Assembly: GCA_951406725.2 (NCBI GenBank)
Contig: OX597817.1
Location: forward strand, 117,366,001-117,430,000
DNA from: Octopus vulgaris
Lineage: Eukaryota
Reading direction: 5' to 3'
Length of the DNA: 64,000 nucleotides
Shown here: piece by piece, positions 39,813-52,747 of the stretch
Layout of the letters: each line of letters starts with the position of its first letter
How positions within the stretch are numbered: position 1 is the stretch's first letter
Notes under the pieces: generated by a model
Databases searched by the model: none
What the model was told of the DNA's origin: nothing
What the model saw: the letters and a program-made list of their open reading frames with translations, nothing else
Translations under genes and position numbers: made by a program

Positions 39813-42006
39813 CGGTTATCATTAAAAATGATAATAACAGAATCAATAATATAGGTGATTGCAGGCCCCAAAAAGCATTAAATAGATGAAGGATTAAAAT
39901 TAATCAAGCGACATGCTAAGTATGTCTACCTGCTGGAAATAACCGTCAAAACTCTTATTTAACTCACCGAAAAACATGTATATATATATATAAGTACAGA
40001 GACACACATACATTTATATAGAGTATAAGTACAATGAAGTGTCACACAGGAGGAACAAATCTTTAGAAACAAGGAATTCGTTTAATGGTTTAATGGAAAC
40101 AGAAAGTGTCTTAACATTTCAGAATTAGTCTCTTATGAGATGAAAAGGATATAGAAGGAGTGAGAAAGAGAAATAGTTAGTGATTAGGAAGAAGAAGAAG
40201 CTAAAAAAATAAGTGGATGCAAAGTTAGAAACCAGGTAGGGTATTTTGTTCAGTGGGGTTAGTTAAGAAGCGAAGAAAGGGGACAGTCAGGGGAGTGGTG
40301 TATATGTGTAAGTTTGGTGCTATGTATGTGTATAGAGATATACAAGTATGGAAGTATAGTAGCATCAATTAGTGGATGAGTGCAATATTATTGTGTATGT
40401 GTATGCATAATCATTGGTTGGGTGGTGTGAAATCATGTGTGAACAGCGAAGAGTAGGTGTCAGTGTATGGGGAAAAAGTACTGGTGAGGCAGATGGGATG
40501 GTAAAATTAGTGTGGAAAGTCTAATTGATGTGTGTGCAAATTTACTAGAAAAGTATTTAGGAGTGTGAAAATGTTTTTTTTTAACTAAGTAGCAAGGTTT
40601 TAGGTTAAATTTATATAAAGACTAAAAGACGTGTGAATTCTGTGAAGAGAGGAAAAGTCAAAGAAATATGTGTTTGTGTGGGTGTCACACTTATAACGGA
40701 GAAGGTTGCTAAAAACCCTTAGATGTCTAGAAATAGCAGTCAAAACTACCATAAAGCCACTGTAAACACTCATATTCTATCTCTTTACAATAAAGTTGTC
40801 AGTGGGCGACATAGCATAAAATTCACAACTGGTTCCATTCTGGTCCTTTCTTTTATATTCTGACCACTCAACTTTTAGCATAAAACCACAGCCTCTTTAC
40901 TGTAACCCCACTTGTTCCCTCATGCATGCAGACACACACACACACACATTCTCATACATTGTGTATACATGTGTGTATATATGCATGTACATGTGTGTGT
41001 GTGATTGTGTGTTTGCTTGTGTGTATGTGTGTGTGTTTGTGTACTTCTAAAAAGATGGGGTTTAGAACCTCGACATTTGGACTATGGTGCCCTGCATTAT
41101 TACAGACCAATGAATTATCTCCCTTTACGCCAATTTTCATTTGTTAATTTCCAGTCCTTTGAGAATGATGGAATAGAATACCAGACAAAGTATTAGGGTC
41201 AAAACAATAAAACGGACTAAAAACCTTTGAAGATGATGCCCTAGCATGGCCTCAACCCAATGACTGGTACCAGTCAAAGGACAGGAAATATTACCACCAC
41301 ATGACCGTAGTCGAGTGAACAAAACAAGTAGAATAAGAGAATGAAAGTATTTGACCCCTTGAACATGTGTGCGTGCGTGTATGCTTGTGTGTGTGTGTGC
41401 ATGTGTGTGTTGATATAGGCCTAAATAAACTTGTATAATACACACATGTGTGTCTGTATAATTTTTCAATTATCACTTCTGTTCATGCTATATCAAATGG
41501 TGATTTATCTAATAAAGATTTCCCTGATTTATCAGAGTAAATTTTGATTAAAATCATAGAGTATCGTAGGAGATCTGTGCATAAGAACTGTGACGGAGAT
41601 TTTTCCTCTCCTCTTCAGTGAACTTTTATCTTTCATACTTCATTACACAAGTGTTCTTAGATATACTGGTATTACTTAACCTTTCCTTTTACACACTTGA
41701 CTGAAGAATAATTTTTCCTTCACCACCTCCCCTGCAACAAACACACATACCACCACCTCCTATATCAAGTGTTTTGAATTACACCGATTTTCATCCAAGT
41801 GACACTTTTACGAGCAAAGCAACTTTCAGATATTTGTAATAAAGTAAAATTTCAGATTCCATTTCCGCTAATACAATTTCTGTTCTCTCTCTCCCTTTCT
41901 CCCTCACTCTCTTTCACTCTTTCTCTGTCTCGCTGTCTCTCTTCGTCTATCTAACTGTGTGTCTAACTGGCTGACCGTCTCTCTCTCCCACTCTCTCCTC
42001 TCTTCC

Positions 42007-42054
<48 letters not shown>

Positions 42055-42358
42055 CATTAATTTACTAGAACCTTCTCTTTTACTAATTTGTAAACTTTCT
42101 TTTGGCCTCTCTTGTTCTCTGTCTGTCTCTCTCTATTTCCTTGTTTTTCTATCCCCCCCTCTGTATTTATCTGTGCTGTGTGCATGTGTATGCATGACTG
42201 TGCATGTGTGCATGTGTGTGTGTGTTTGTGTTTCTTTCTCATGCATCTCTTTCATTTTCTGTGTTATTTTACATTGCAATTATTTAACAAAATCATCTTT
42301 GCTTAGAGGTTTCAAGGTTAGTCACTAATGTACTCTATTTCTTACTCAGTATATAATA

Positions 42359-42730
42359 TACGAGCAAAATGCACTCCATCCAATGGACGGTGCTGAGTTG
42401 TCAAACATTTAAACCAAATTTTCCCAAAGCAACTTGTCTGACCGTCCCATAGGCCTCCCCTTTGAGAAACACTGATTTAACCTAAATTTGAGACACCAGC
42501 AAAAGAAGAAATAAAGATAGGCATTTTTTATATTCCAAAGAAAAACGATTTCATTCACTTTATCGATCACATTCTCACCTGGAATCAATTTTTGTAATTT
42601 TTTCAAGACTTATACACACTCTGATACCGTTGGTATCTACATTTCAAATTTGAGCACAATTGGATGGAGTATGCCTAAGATCCTAGAAGACACATACACA
42701 GACAGACAGAACGGATTTTATATAATAGAT
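42359..42730 (+). mobile_element. Helitron-like non-autonomous element
   Basis: 5' tacgagc plus a short hairpin; 3' caaatttgagcacaattgg...acagacagacag...ttttatataatagat, typical of invertebrate Helitron-like repeats. Confidence 0.5.
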
Positions 42731-44413
42731 ATAGATAGAGGTTTTTTTTGTAAAGCACGAGATTTTCTTTGGGGCTTTTCTTACCAGTACACATGCATAC
42801 ACACGATGACCTTCAACATGGTTGAACAATTAATCCCAACCAGATGGGACTCACAGTAGGGGTTGTTCTATAAATCATTTTGATCACTGAATACAAAATG
42901 TCTCTCACAATTCCTCCATTCAGGTGATTTTTCTGAGTCTCACCCTTGTATGCCAATCTATCACAAGGTTACCCATGTACAGCTGAGTGGACTGGGGCAA
43001 CATGATATGAAGTTGTTTTGCTTAAGAACATAATGCATAGCCAGGTTGGGATTTGAAACCACAATGATAGTTGTAAATGAGTGTCACTGTGATACAAGCA
43101 GAGTCAATCATTTTCTATATTCTGCAAGAACATGTCTAGCCATGTGATAAAGTTACCTTTCATGGAGACAGGTGAAGGTTGACAACAGCAAGAGGATCTA
43201 GACATTGAAGATCTGCCTTAAACATATGCAGGCCATTAAAATGATAATGGTGATGACAAAAATGACAATATATATATTTATATATATAGAAGCAAAAGCT
43301 GGAATTTTATATACCCTTGGGATTCTTTGACGACGTTAATTTTTTGACAAGCAGGCCTAGACGAACACACGTACACAAAAAATATTTTCTGCCGCCTGAC
43401 GAATTTTTTAGCAGTGACCATTAAGTAGTGCCTTTTACCGACATACGGCCGCGCACACATAGGCCAGTACACACATACATGCTTCTAGGTATTTTTTGTC
43501 TCGCCCCAAAAAATACACCCAGTATTCTTTAAAATATTCAGAATTTTAGTTTTGGTCACACAGAACATCTCCACACCCCTTGCTCTCACCTACTGGATTT
43601 GACTGCCGCCTGACCTGTAAATATCTTCAACGCACCCACCACCCGATTTCAACGTACATTGATAATCAGTTCACCCATGGGCTCTTAAAGAGCCACCTCG
43701 TTCAAATTGCTTTGCTGCACCTCTGTTCTGTTTTGTGCTGCCAACGGAATTCCTATTTTTTTCCTGAAGAGAAAGCCGCAATATGGGATCCTTATTTTAT
43801 CAGAATTTGGAAAATTGTGGCTTTTGAAACATGTGTAGAATGCAATAAAAGGAATTCTGTTCAATCTTCGTTCAACTCCATTTCATACTGGTACTTCATC
43901 TGTCATTGTATTCGGAGTTGAAATTTCCTATTTGATAAAATAACACTAGTTGAGCACTGAGATCGATGTAATTTACAACCCTACAAGATTACTTGACTTG
44001 TACCAAAATTGAAATCCATATATATATATATTCTTTTACTCTTTCCTTTTTTTCAGTCATTTGAATGTGGCCATACTGGAGCACTGCCTTTTGTTGCACA
44101 AATCAACTCCAGAACTTGTTCTTTGTAAGCTTAGTACTTATTCTATCGGTCTTTTTTGCCAAACAGCTAATTTACAGGGATATAAACGCACCAACATTGA
44201 TTGTCAAGCAATGGTGCGGGGACAAACAGACACACACACACACACACACACACACATACCACACAGATATATATGATAGACTTCTTTCAGTTTCTGTCTA
44301 CCAAATCCAATCGCAAGACTTTGGTTGGCCCAAGGTTATAGTAGAAGACACTTACCCAAGGTGCCACACAGTGGGACTGAACCTGGAACCATGTATGTAT
44401 ATATGTATGTATG

Positions 44414-44455
<42 letters not shown>

Positions 44456-45221
44456 TATATGTGTATGTATATATATATGTGTGTGTGTATATATATATAT
44501 ATATATAATTTAGATTCAGATGAATATGGTTCTTAAGTTGAGGCACCAGAATTTAGTGATATTATCCATACAATTTCAAAGTAAGGTGATTAAAATCAAA
44601 ATAAGAAACAAGGATATCCGGAGGATATCCTTGTAGCTTATTTTGGCAAGAAATCTTGAAATAAAACTGAATAATGACATACATAAATAAATAAATATAT
44701 GTATATATCTTAATCATCATCATCGTTTAATGATGATGCTGAGTTTTGGACACTTTCCATCTACTAAGATCCACTCTGACACCAACCAGTGTCTCATAGT
44801 GGGATCAAACAGGGAACCACATAGCTGAAAAGCAAGCTTCCTAACGACATTTCTAACATCAGTTTTGGAGACTGCCATAAAAATCTATTTATTGCTGTTT
44901 ATAGTATAATCTCTCAGAATTATGAGAACATAAACATAGAAAATTATAAGTTACGATGACACAAAAATACCAGAAGATGTGTAAATGAAAGAGTGTCTAT
45001 GTTGTTATTTGACCTATGAGAACTAGCATCTAAATAGCTTTTAATTCACCAATAACTGCATTAACAAAAATGAAAGTTCACATAGCTGTGTGATTAAGAA
45101 GTACAGATTGCAAGTATGTATTTTCATGTTCAGTTATACTTTCATGTTCAGGAGCAACTGTTTTCTATTGTAATCTCAGGTTGATCAATAACTTTAGTAT
45201 GTATTTAGTTTGAAGAAACTA

Positions 45222-46895
45222 CTGGGTCATACCATAAATAATGCAGTTTATAATTTTCCAAATTTATTTTTGTTTTAAAAAATTAAGATGAACAAGATTC
45301 TTTTTTAAACTAGAATATACTCTCCTTCTCTTGTGTCTGGGGAGAGTCATTTTCTTTTTGTGCTTTATAATGTAACACACTTACCAGTAATATTTCCACT
45401 TATTTCATATTTTATTTTCCTAAAATTTTCGTTGCTTCTTGCAACCTTTATTTACAATGCTTTTCCATCTATCTGGTAGACTTGCAAGGTCTCTCTTCCA
45501 AAATTTATTTGCCATTATGAAAAATACTCCTCCGCTACTGTACTGGCCTCATCTACAAAATTCATATATTTTCCGTCCAAATGATTTTGAAAACTGTGTA
45601 ATAAATTATAATCAGATGGAGAATATGGTGGGTGAGGCATCGTTTCCCATTGAAACTGCTCCAGTCTCTGGAATGTCATCCTCATTGTATGTGGCCAAGC
45701 ATTATCCTGATGAAAGAACACCTTTCACCTTGAAACAAAAGATGATCATTTTTCTTCTAGTGCTGACTTAAGCTGCTCACAGTAGATCTCCTTTGTTATT
45801 GTTTGGTTTGAGTTTAAAAGTTTAAAGTGGACTAAACCTTTCACATCCAACCAAACAGATAACAACACCTTACATAGGTGAAGACATTCTTCAGCCTGGG
45901 TTTACTGGTGTTTCTCCTTTCCCCACCCACAATCTTTGGCACTTGACATTTTTATAGAGAACCCATTTCTCATCACCAGTCACTATTTAATCCAAAAATG
46001 TTCATTCGTGAGAAGTGACAGCAAAAGAGAGCACATATTCACTCTCTCTACACAATTAGACTTGTAAAGTTTGATATGAACCCATTGACTTTTCCGACAG
46101 CACACAGATGAATGGTTGAATGACCAAATCCAAACTTCTCTGCTAGCTCCTCAACAGTTACAATGGCATTTTGTTCTGCCAGGGCTTATAGGACAACCTC
46201 ATTGAGCTCTACAGATCTTCCAGGATGAGGCTCATCTTCTTGGCTGTAGTTTCCAGCTTGGAATTTCTGGAACCATTGTTGATACTGGCTTACACTTATG
46301 TTCCAATCCCCATATATTGCATTAACATTCATCGCCCTTTCTGTTGTGCTGTTGCTTTTATTGAACTCATAAGTCAAAATATGCTGAATATGTTCCTTTG
46401 CCATTTCCATTATCATCATCATCATCATCATTTCATCATCATCATCATTTAGCGTCCGTTTTCCATGCTAGCATGGGTTGGACGGTTCAACTGGGGTCTG
46501 TGAAGCCAGAAGGCTGCATCAGGCCCAGTCTGATCTGGCAGTGTTTCTACGGCTGGATGCCCTTCCTAACGCCGACCACTCCGCAAGTGTAGTGGGTGCT
46601 TTTTACATGCCACCCGCACAGGTGCCAGATGGAGGTGGCAAGTGGCCATGAACGGATGGTGCTTTTACGTGCCACTGGCATGGGGTCGAGGCAAGGCTGG
46701 CAACGGACACAAATGGATGGTGCTTTTACGTGCCACCGTAAATAGCTTTTAAAATCAAACTGCACTCTTCAAAATTTACACTCAGAATAAGTAAAAGGTA
46801 AAATTACTATCTGCTTGTATAGCAAGTTGATGCAGGTAGTTTATCCCATCCCCCTCCGACATTTAGCTCATGCAATTGAAATGGGATTACCCAAT
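45222..46895 (-). mobile_element. Decayed mariner (same family as 17563), interrupted by an RTE tail at ~46430-46740
   Basis: ORFs 45515-45721 (FFHQDNAWPH...HPPYSPSDY) and 46186-46431 (EHIQHILTYEF...QWFQKFQAGNYSQEDEPHPGR). TIR remnants are present at both ends. Confidence 0.9.
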
Positions 46896-47410
46896 ATACA
46901 GCAGCCCATCATATGATTGTGAATGTGTGCATGTTTATGTTCCTTTCCAACTGCTCGATGACTGGTTACGTAAGTCTATTAACTAAGCTGTTTGACAAAA
47001 AGAACTAGAAAAATTTAGTCTGGGGGACAATTTGCTTGATTAAACTCTTGCCCAATTAGTGCCAAAGAAGGGAAGGAAAATATATCCCTAGAAACCCTTA
47101 AAGGAAAATAATAGTTAGGGTTGTAATGCCCTTCATTATATTTCTGTTTAATCACAATTGAAATGGGTCTAAACAATAGCAAAAGGAATTTTTGCTTCAT
47201 AAAACACTGCACTAGTTCATGTTTCTTGTTATTATTCTTCAACTGCAGGTCATGATCAGTCCTTATCAACTTTTGGATGCTATGTATATCAGATGGTCAA
47301 TTTCAGTGATGCTTGCTTGTTGACTCATATGTCACTGTTTATAGTAAGTGAGATATAGTATTAAATAGTCAGAGCCAATAAAGCACCAGTGGTCCTTACT
47401 GGGATTGATT

Positions 47411-47450
<40 letters not shown>

Positions 47451-47472
47451 CCTTTCTCTTTCTCTCTTTCTC

Positions 47473-47503
<31 letters not shown>

Positions 47504-48954
47504 CAAAAATCAGTTACAATGATGGACTTCCCAAGATCTAAACATGTGAATGATATGCTGCCATATGTCATTACAGCCCCCCACCACACACACACAATAC
47601 AACTTCAGCAGGAGTTGCAGGCCCAAAGCTAGGCAAGAGTCAAGATGTTACTATAATTATTTACACGTAATTGAACTGAAGGTGAAGTATTGTTAGCCAT
47701 GGAAGAAATGTAAATAATTATGTTTGAAAGTAACCAATATAATGATTATGAAGCATGTACCCATTCACACACATACACACACACATCATCATCATCATCC
47801 ACTTTTCCATGCTTGCATAGGTCTAACAGAGTTTAATGAAGTCAGATGTTCTACAACTGGATGCCCTTTCTCTCGCCAACCTTTACCAGTTTCAAAGCGA
47901 GATCATATTTCACTCTGGTCAAATACTTTCACAGAATATTAGAAACGAATGACCCTGCTTGTATGACAGTGACATTTATTTACAACTACCACATGATGTC
48001 AAGTTAAGGAGACAAAAGTATATGTACACACTCACATATGCACACGGCAGGTTTCCTTAGTTTCTGTCTATGATATATGCCCACAAGGCATTGATTGTAA
48101 AAGACACTTGATCAAGGTACCACCCAGCAGGACTGCAATCCGGACCATATGGGCAAGAAGCAAATACACACCAACGCCAATCCCTAGAAATAGAAATATT
48201 GGTTTCAGATTTTGGTACAAGGCTAGCAATTTTGGGGGAGGTGGTTAATTTGATTACATTGACCCCAGTGTTCAACTGGTTCTTATTTTATTGACCCTGA
48301 AAAAAAATGAAAGGCAAAGTCGATCCTGGTGCTATTCGAACTCAGATTGTAATTGTCTGTAATAATACCATTGAACATTTTTTCCAGTGTGGTCATGATT
48401 CTGCCAACTTGCTATCTTCAAAAATAGAAATATTAATTGTTGGTGATATGTGAAGTTGGCACTTGGTTCTTTTGTCCATTCTTCATTTATTTATACACCA
48501 ACCAAATGGGAATGTCAACAGCTGTTCTGTATTGCTTATTTTTGTGGGTATTTTTCTTTACTCTACACTGGCTGATGAGTTTAATCATTACTAAAACATA
48601 GATTTTCACAAAATAGCACATGGTTAATATTTTATAATTCCAGTATGTTGTATATTAGAAGCTGATTTTCCACTTTATTTCATTCACAGTAGCTTAAAGT
48701 CTTAGTACCAACTGCCACACCAACAGATGTACACACTCACCATTTAGTATCTCTCATGAGCTATGGTTATAGTGCCTACGTGCATGCATGGCTATTTAAC
48801 ATATATACACATATACACATGTACACACACACATATGTACACATGTACATACATTCATACCTACCTGTCTACATATATATGTTTATATATACATAAGTAT
48901 CTGACATAGTACATACTCATATACATGCATAAGTATATGTATGTATACATACAT

Positions 48955-49508
48955 ATGGTGGCTTCCCCCTCGTTATCGAGTATGGTCATTGCACGAAGCT
49001 TAATCAATGTTGTTATTATGCAATGCCTGTGCAAGAAGATTTTTTTTAAAGTGAGGAAAGGCTGTGCACTGAGTCAATCCCACTCACTAAGCAACAGCAG
49101 TCATAATCCGAAAAGAAGAACAAGTCAACATAATCAGTAACCACTGAGCTGCAGGTTTTATGTCGGAGTTATCCCAGTTACCTGAGTTACCTTCTCCTAG
49201 AAGGATGCCCTAACAAAGGCTAGGAGTCCTTCACTCCCAATGGTTTAACCGCTGGATCGGGTATTCAGTCCGATTATTTCTATGTCCCCGCGCATGATAC
49301 AGCCTTAAGATATTTATTGGATGGCTATTGACTCTCAAGAGTTCCTCCGCCCTTTGACGGGTTTAGTTTTTCATCCCGCAGGGTGTCCAATAAACACCCT
49401 CCTCACCAAGCAAGCTTGGTGGGGTTGCCGGTTTAGTCGCCGACAACCCGACCATGCAACAGGTTGAACTGGGTTACATGTTACCAGTAGCACTTGAAAG
49501 TGACCTGA
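48955..49508 (-). mobile_element. Young GC-rich non-coding retroelement flanked by (CATA)n; probable internally deleted RTE derivative
   Basis: Minus strand has an RTE-5'UTR-like motif (ctcctagcctttgttagggcatccttctaggagaaggtaactc), several hairpins, retained CpGs and no long ORF. Confidence 0.45.
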
Positions 49509-49542
49509 CATACATACATACATACATACATACATACATACA

Positions 49543-49575
<33 letters not shown>

Positions 49576-50242
49576 GTGTGGTGGGTGATGATCTGGTAAT
49601 TGGTGAGATTGAACCCAAGTGACAGAGGGTCACTACATACAAATTATCTGACACTCAAATAATTTCATTAATGTGTCATGTTTGTCTGGTATTTTATTCA
49701 TTGGCCCTAAATGGAAGAAATGAAAACATGAATTTCATGAGATTTGAAATCAGTCCACAGGGAACCCAGAACAAATATCCTGAGACAATTCTTTCTGACT
49801 CACTAATAACTCTGCATATTTGTCCATATATGCATTTGTAGAACAGGAATAATATCAATTTTATCAATGCTAAGATATGTTTGATACTTAATTCATTAGT
49901 TTATGGTGATGGGGTGGGGATGCCAAATTTGACCTTACTAGCATCTGATCTCACAGCATACAGGTTCAAATTGCAAAATACATTAAAACATTTAGGTAAA
50001 CACTACAATTTCTGCCAACTCAAGTAGTGAAAAAAAATTAAGGATTATCATAATAATAAAATTACATGATGGGTGCAGGAGTGGCTGTGTGGTTAAGAAG
50101 CTTGCTTCTGAACTATATAGCCTTGAAATCTAGCCCCACTACGCAACACCTTGGCTAGGTGTCTACTAATATAGCCCCAGACCAAGCAAACTCTTGTGAG
50201 TGGATTTGGCAAATGGAAACTGAAAGAAGACAATTGTATATA

Positions 50243-50276
<34 letters not shown>

Positions 50277-50316
50277 CATACATACATACATACACACATA
50301 CATGTATATATATATG

Positions 50317-50365
<49 letters not shown>

Positions 50366-50481
50366 GATTCAGTTGAATTACTTACTTAAGTTGAGGCACC
50401 AAATTTGTCCAGTATTGTCCACACAGCTCGAAGTTTGGTGAATAAAAAGCAAATAAGTAGCAAGAATGTCCAGGTATCAGT

Positions 50482-50566
50482 GCATTACGGCTGTTTCAAG
50501 TCACTCCATTTAATCGATCAATGCAAACATTGCATCAATTTGAAATAAATCGCTATCCTCAGATGC
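50482..50566 (-). ncRNA. Type-I hammerhead ribozyme with intact core (left arm)
   Basis: Minus strand: gcat-CTGAGGA-tagcg...gactt-GAAAC-agcc-GTA-atgc. Confidence 0.65.
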
Positions 50567-50618
50567 TAAAATAATTATAATGGAGTAGCCTGTATGCTGG
50601 AAATCTATATGCTTGAAC

Positions 50619-50703
50619 GCATCTGAGGAAAGTGATTTATTTCAAATTGATGTAATGTTTGCACTGATCAATTAAATGGAGCTACCTGAAACAGCTGTAA
50701 TGC
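50619..50703 (+). ncRNA. Type-I hammerhead ribozyme with intact core (right arm)
   Basis: gcat-CTGAGGA-aagtg...ctacct-GAAAC-agct-GTA-atgc. Confidence 0.7.
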
Positions 50704-51032
50704 ATTGATACCTGGATATCCTTATTACTTGTTTGCTATATATATTTGTGCGTGTGTGTATGTGTGTTTATACACACACACACAGATATCTGTATAAAAT
50801 AGGGATGACAAAGAAATAACAATTATGTAATTAACTTCATTAGTTTACAGTTATTTCTGTTATAAGGTGCAATACACTCATACATAAGTACTTGAGTATC
50901 ACCCTTTAGCTTTATAGGAGCTTTGGAAAGGAAATGCAATTTTTTTTGAAGTTCATAACAAAACGTTTTATTCCGTTGTCATCCCAAGTTCTTATTACCA
51001 CTCAGTACTCAACTGATGCCTTTTACTGGAGC

Positions 51033-51082
<50 letters not shown>

Positions 51083-52708
51083 TGATGCATATATGCCATT
51101 TATATATTTATTTATATATATATATGTATATATGTATGTATGTATGTACGTATGTACGTATGTATGTATGTATGTATGAATGGATGGATGGATGGATAGA
51201 TAGATGGATGAATGGATGAATGGATGGATTGATGAATGGATGGATGTGTCTATTACCCATACAACTGCTTGACAACCAGCGTTGGTTTGTTTACATTCTC
51301 ATTACTTAGCAGTTCACCAAAGAGACTGATGGAATAAGTATCAGGCTTTAAAAAAGTAGGTACTGAGGTTAATCTGTGTGAGTAAACCCTTTAAGACAAT
51401 GCCCCACCATGGCTGCAGTCCAATGACTAAAACATGTGGAAAATAAAAAAAATGTTTATTAATGATGAAAAAGCCTTCTTTAATGAAAGCAATAGTTTAA
51501 TAGGTTTAGTTACTTTTATTATTGTATGGTAAATATAATGATAGAGCCTTTTCTCAGTTGTTGTTGTATAGTTTGACTAGACCCATTTAACCAAACCAAT
51601 TTCATGACTCTTACTAATCTTTCATATAATTTACTCGCTATTCTAACTTTCCTCCTCTTCTACTGATTATTGAAGAAGTTGATGACAGCCTGACTTCAGA
51701 GGAAAAGTTCTGTCCTAAAAACCTTTCAACCACATCTGTTTGGAGATATTGAAGTTTTAATTCAGCTAGAATACCATGAACATTTTATTTCCACTTTCAA
51801 ATCAGCTATGTTACATTAAGTCTTTTGATTCTGACAAATATTGCTTTGTATGTCGAATGTTTAAACTGAGGTTATATTAACACATCACTAAGAAACTAAA
51901 GGAACTACAGATTAACTGTATATATAATATAAGATTGTCTTTGATAGCATTTAATTTACTTTACGTGGCACATTAATTTCAGTATAAAACTGCCATTTTA
52001 ATATCTTCTAAAATAAATATCGCCACAGATTTTATATCACGAGATCTAAAAAACCAGGCAGCAAACATTCTGAGTTCAAACATTAATTGAAGTTGAAAAT
52101 AACTTTTTTTTCTTTTTTTTTTGCAGTATTAGGTATTTAAAAATTATGGAATATAATATTTTACAGCTTGAGAATTGATATATTCTAATATCAAAAACAA
52201 AGCACAAAACATTAACATTCTATGTGTCTACTTGATTGCATATTGTAACAAAACTAGTATTACAGAGAACTGAATGTTTTCAGCATAGAACCTTCAGCAT
52301 CATGCACATGCAAGCTAAAAAAATTGCTCCTGTGTATTCTGTGTGAACATTTAAATTATTAAAAATAGCAGCCAAATTTCACTTAGTTGTTTTCATAACT
52401 GAAGGCGAATTTGCATAATGTAGTTCTAGATTCATGATAATTAAAAATGGTTTTAATGTTTTTATATTATCTTTGACTTGTTTCAGTCATTGGATTGTGG
52501 CCATGCTGGGGTGCTACCTTGAAGGATTTTAGTCAAACACATAGATCTCAGTATTCATTTATTTAGAGTCTGGTATTTATTCTATTAGTCTTATTTGCAA
52601 AGCTGTTAAGTTACAAGGATGTAAACACAACCAACACTGGTTGTCAAGCAGTAGTGGGAACCAACAACAACAACAACACACACACGCACACACACACACA
52701 CACAAACA

Positions 52709-52747
<39 letters not shown>

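Larger units (their letters stand above)
50360..50737 (-). mobile_element. Fold-back PLE-type insert in the (TA)n of a family A SINE; a truncated relative lies at 44507-44650
   Basis: 50446-50566 is the inverted copy of 50619-50737. The tail agattcag.tgaat...cttaagttgaggcacc is shared with 44507. Confidence 0.75.

Noticed and set aside
43280-43950. CpG-retaining segment starting in (TA)n and ending CTAGT, a possible Helitron
   Set aside because: No 3' hairpin is visible and there is no second copy in the window; support is too weak to call.
48572-48606. CTGATGA core-like motif (others at 17337, 19328, 28512 and 56083; a decayed motif at ~40105-40140)
   Set aside because: There is no intact GAAA-stem III-NUH with a pairing stem I, so these cannot be distinguished from chance or heavy decay.
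51574-51595. TGACTAGA miR-279-like seed
   Set aside because: There is no proper precursor hairpin, and the rest of the sequence does not match.
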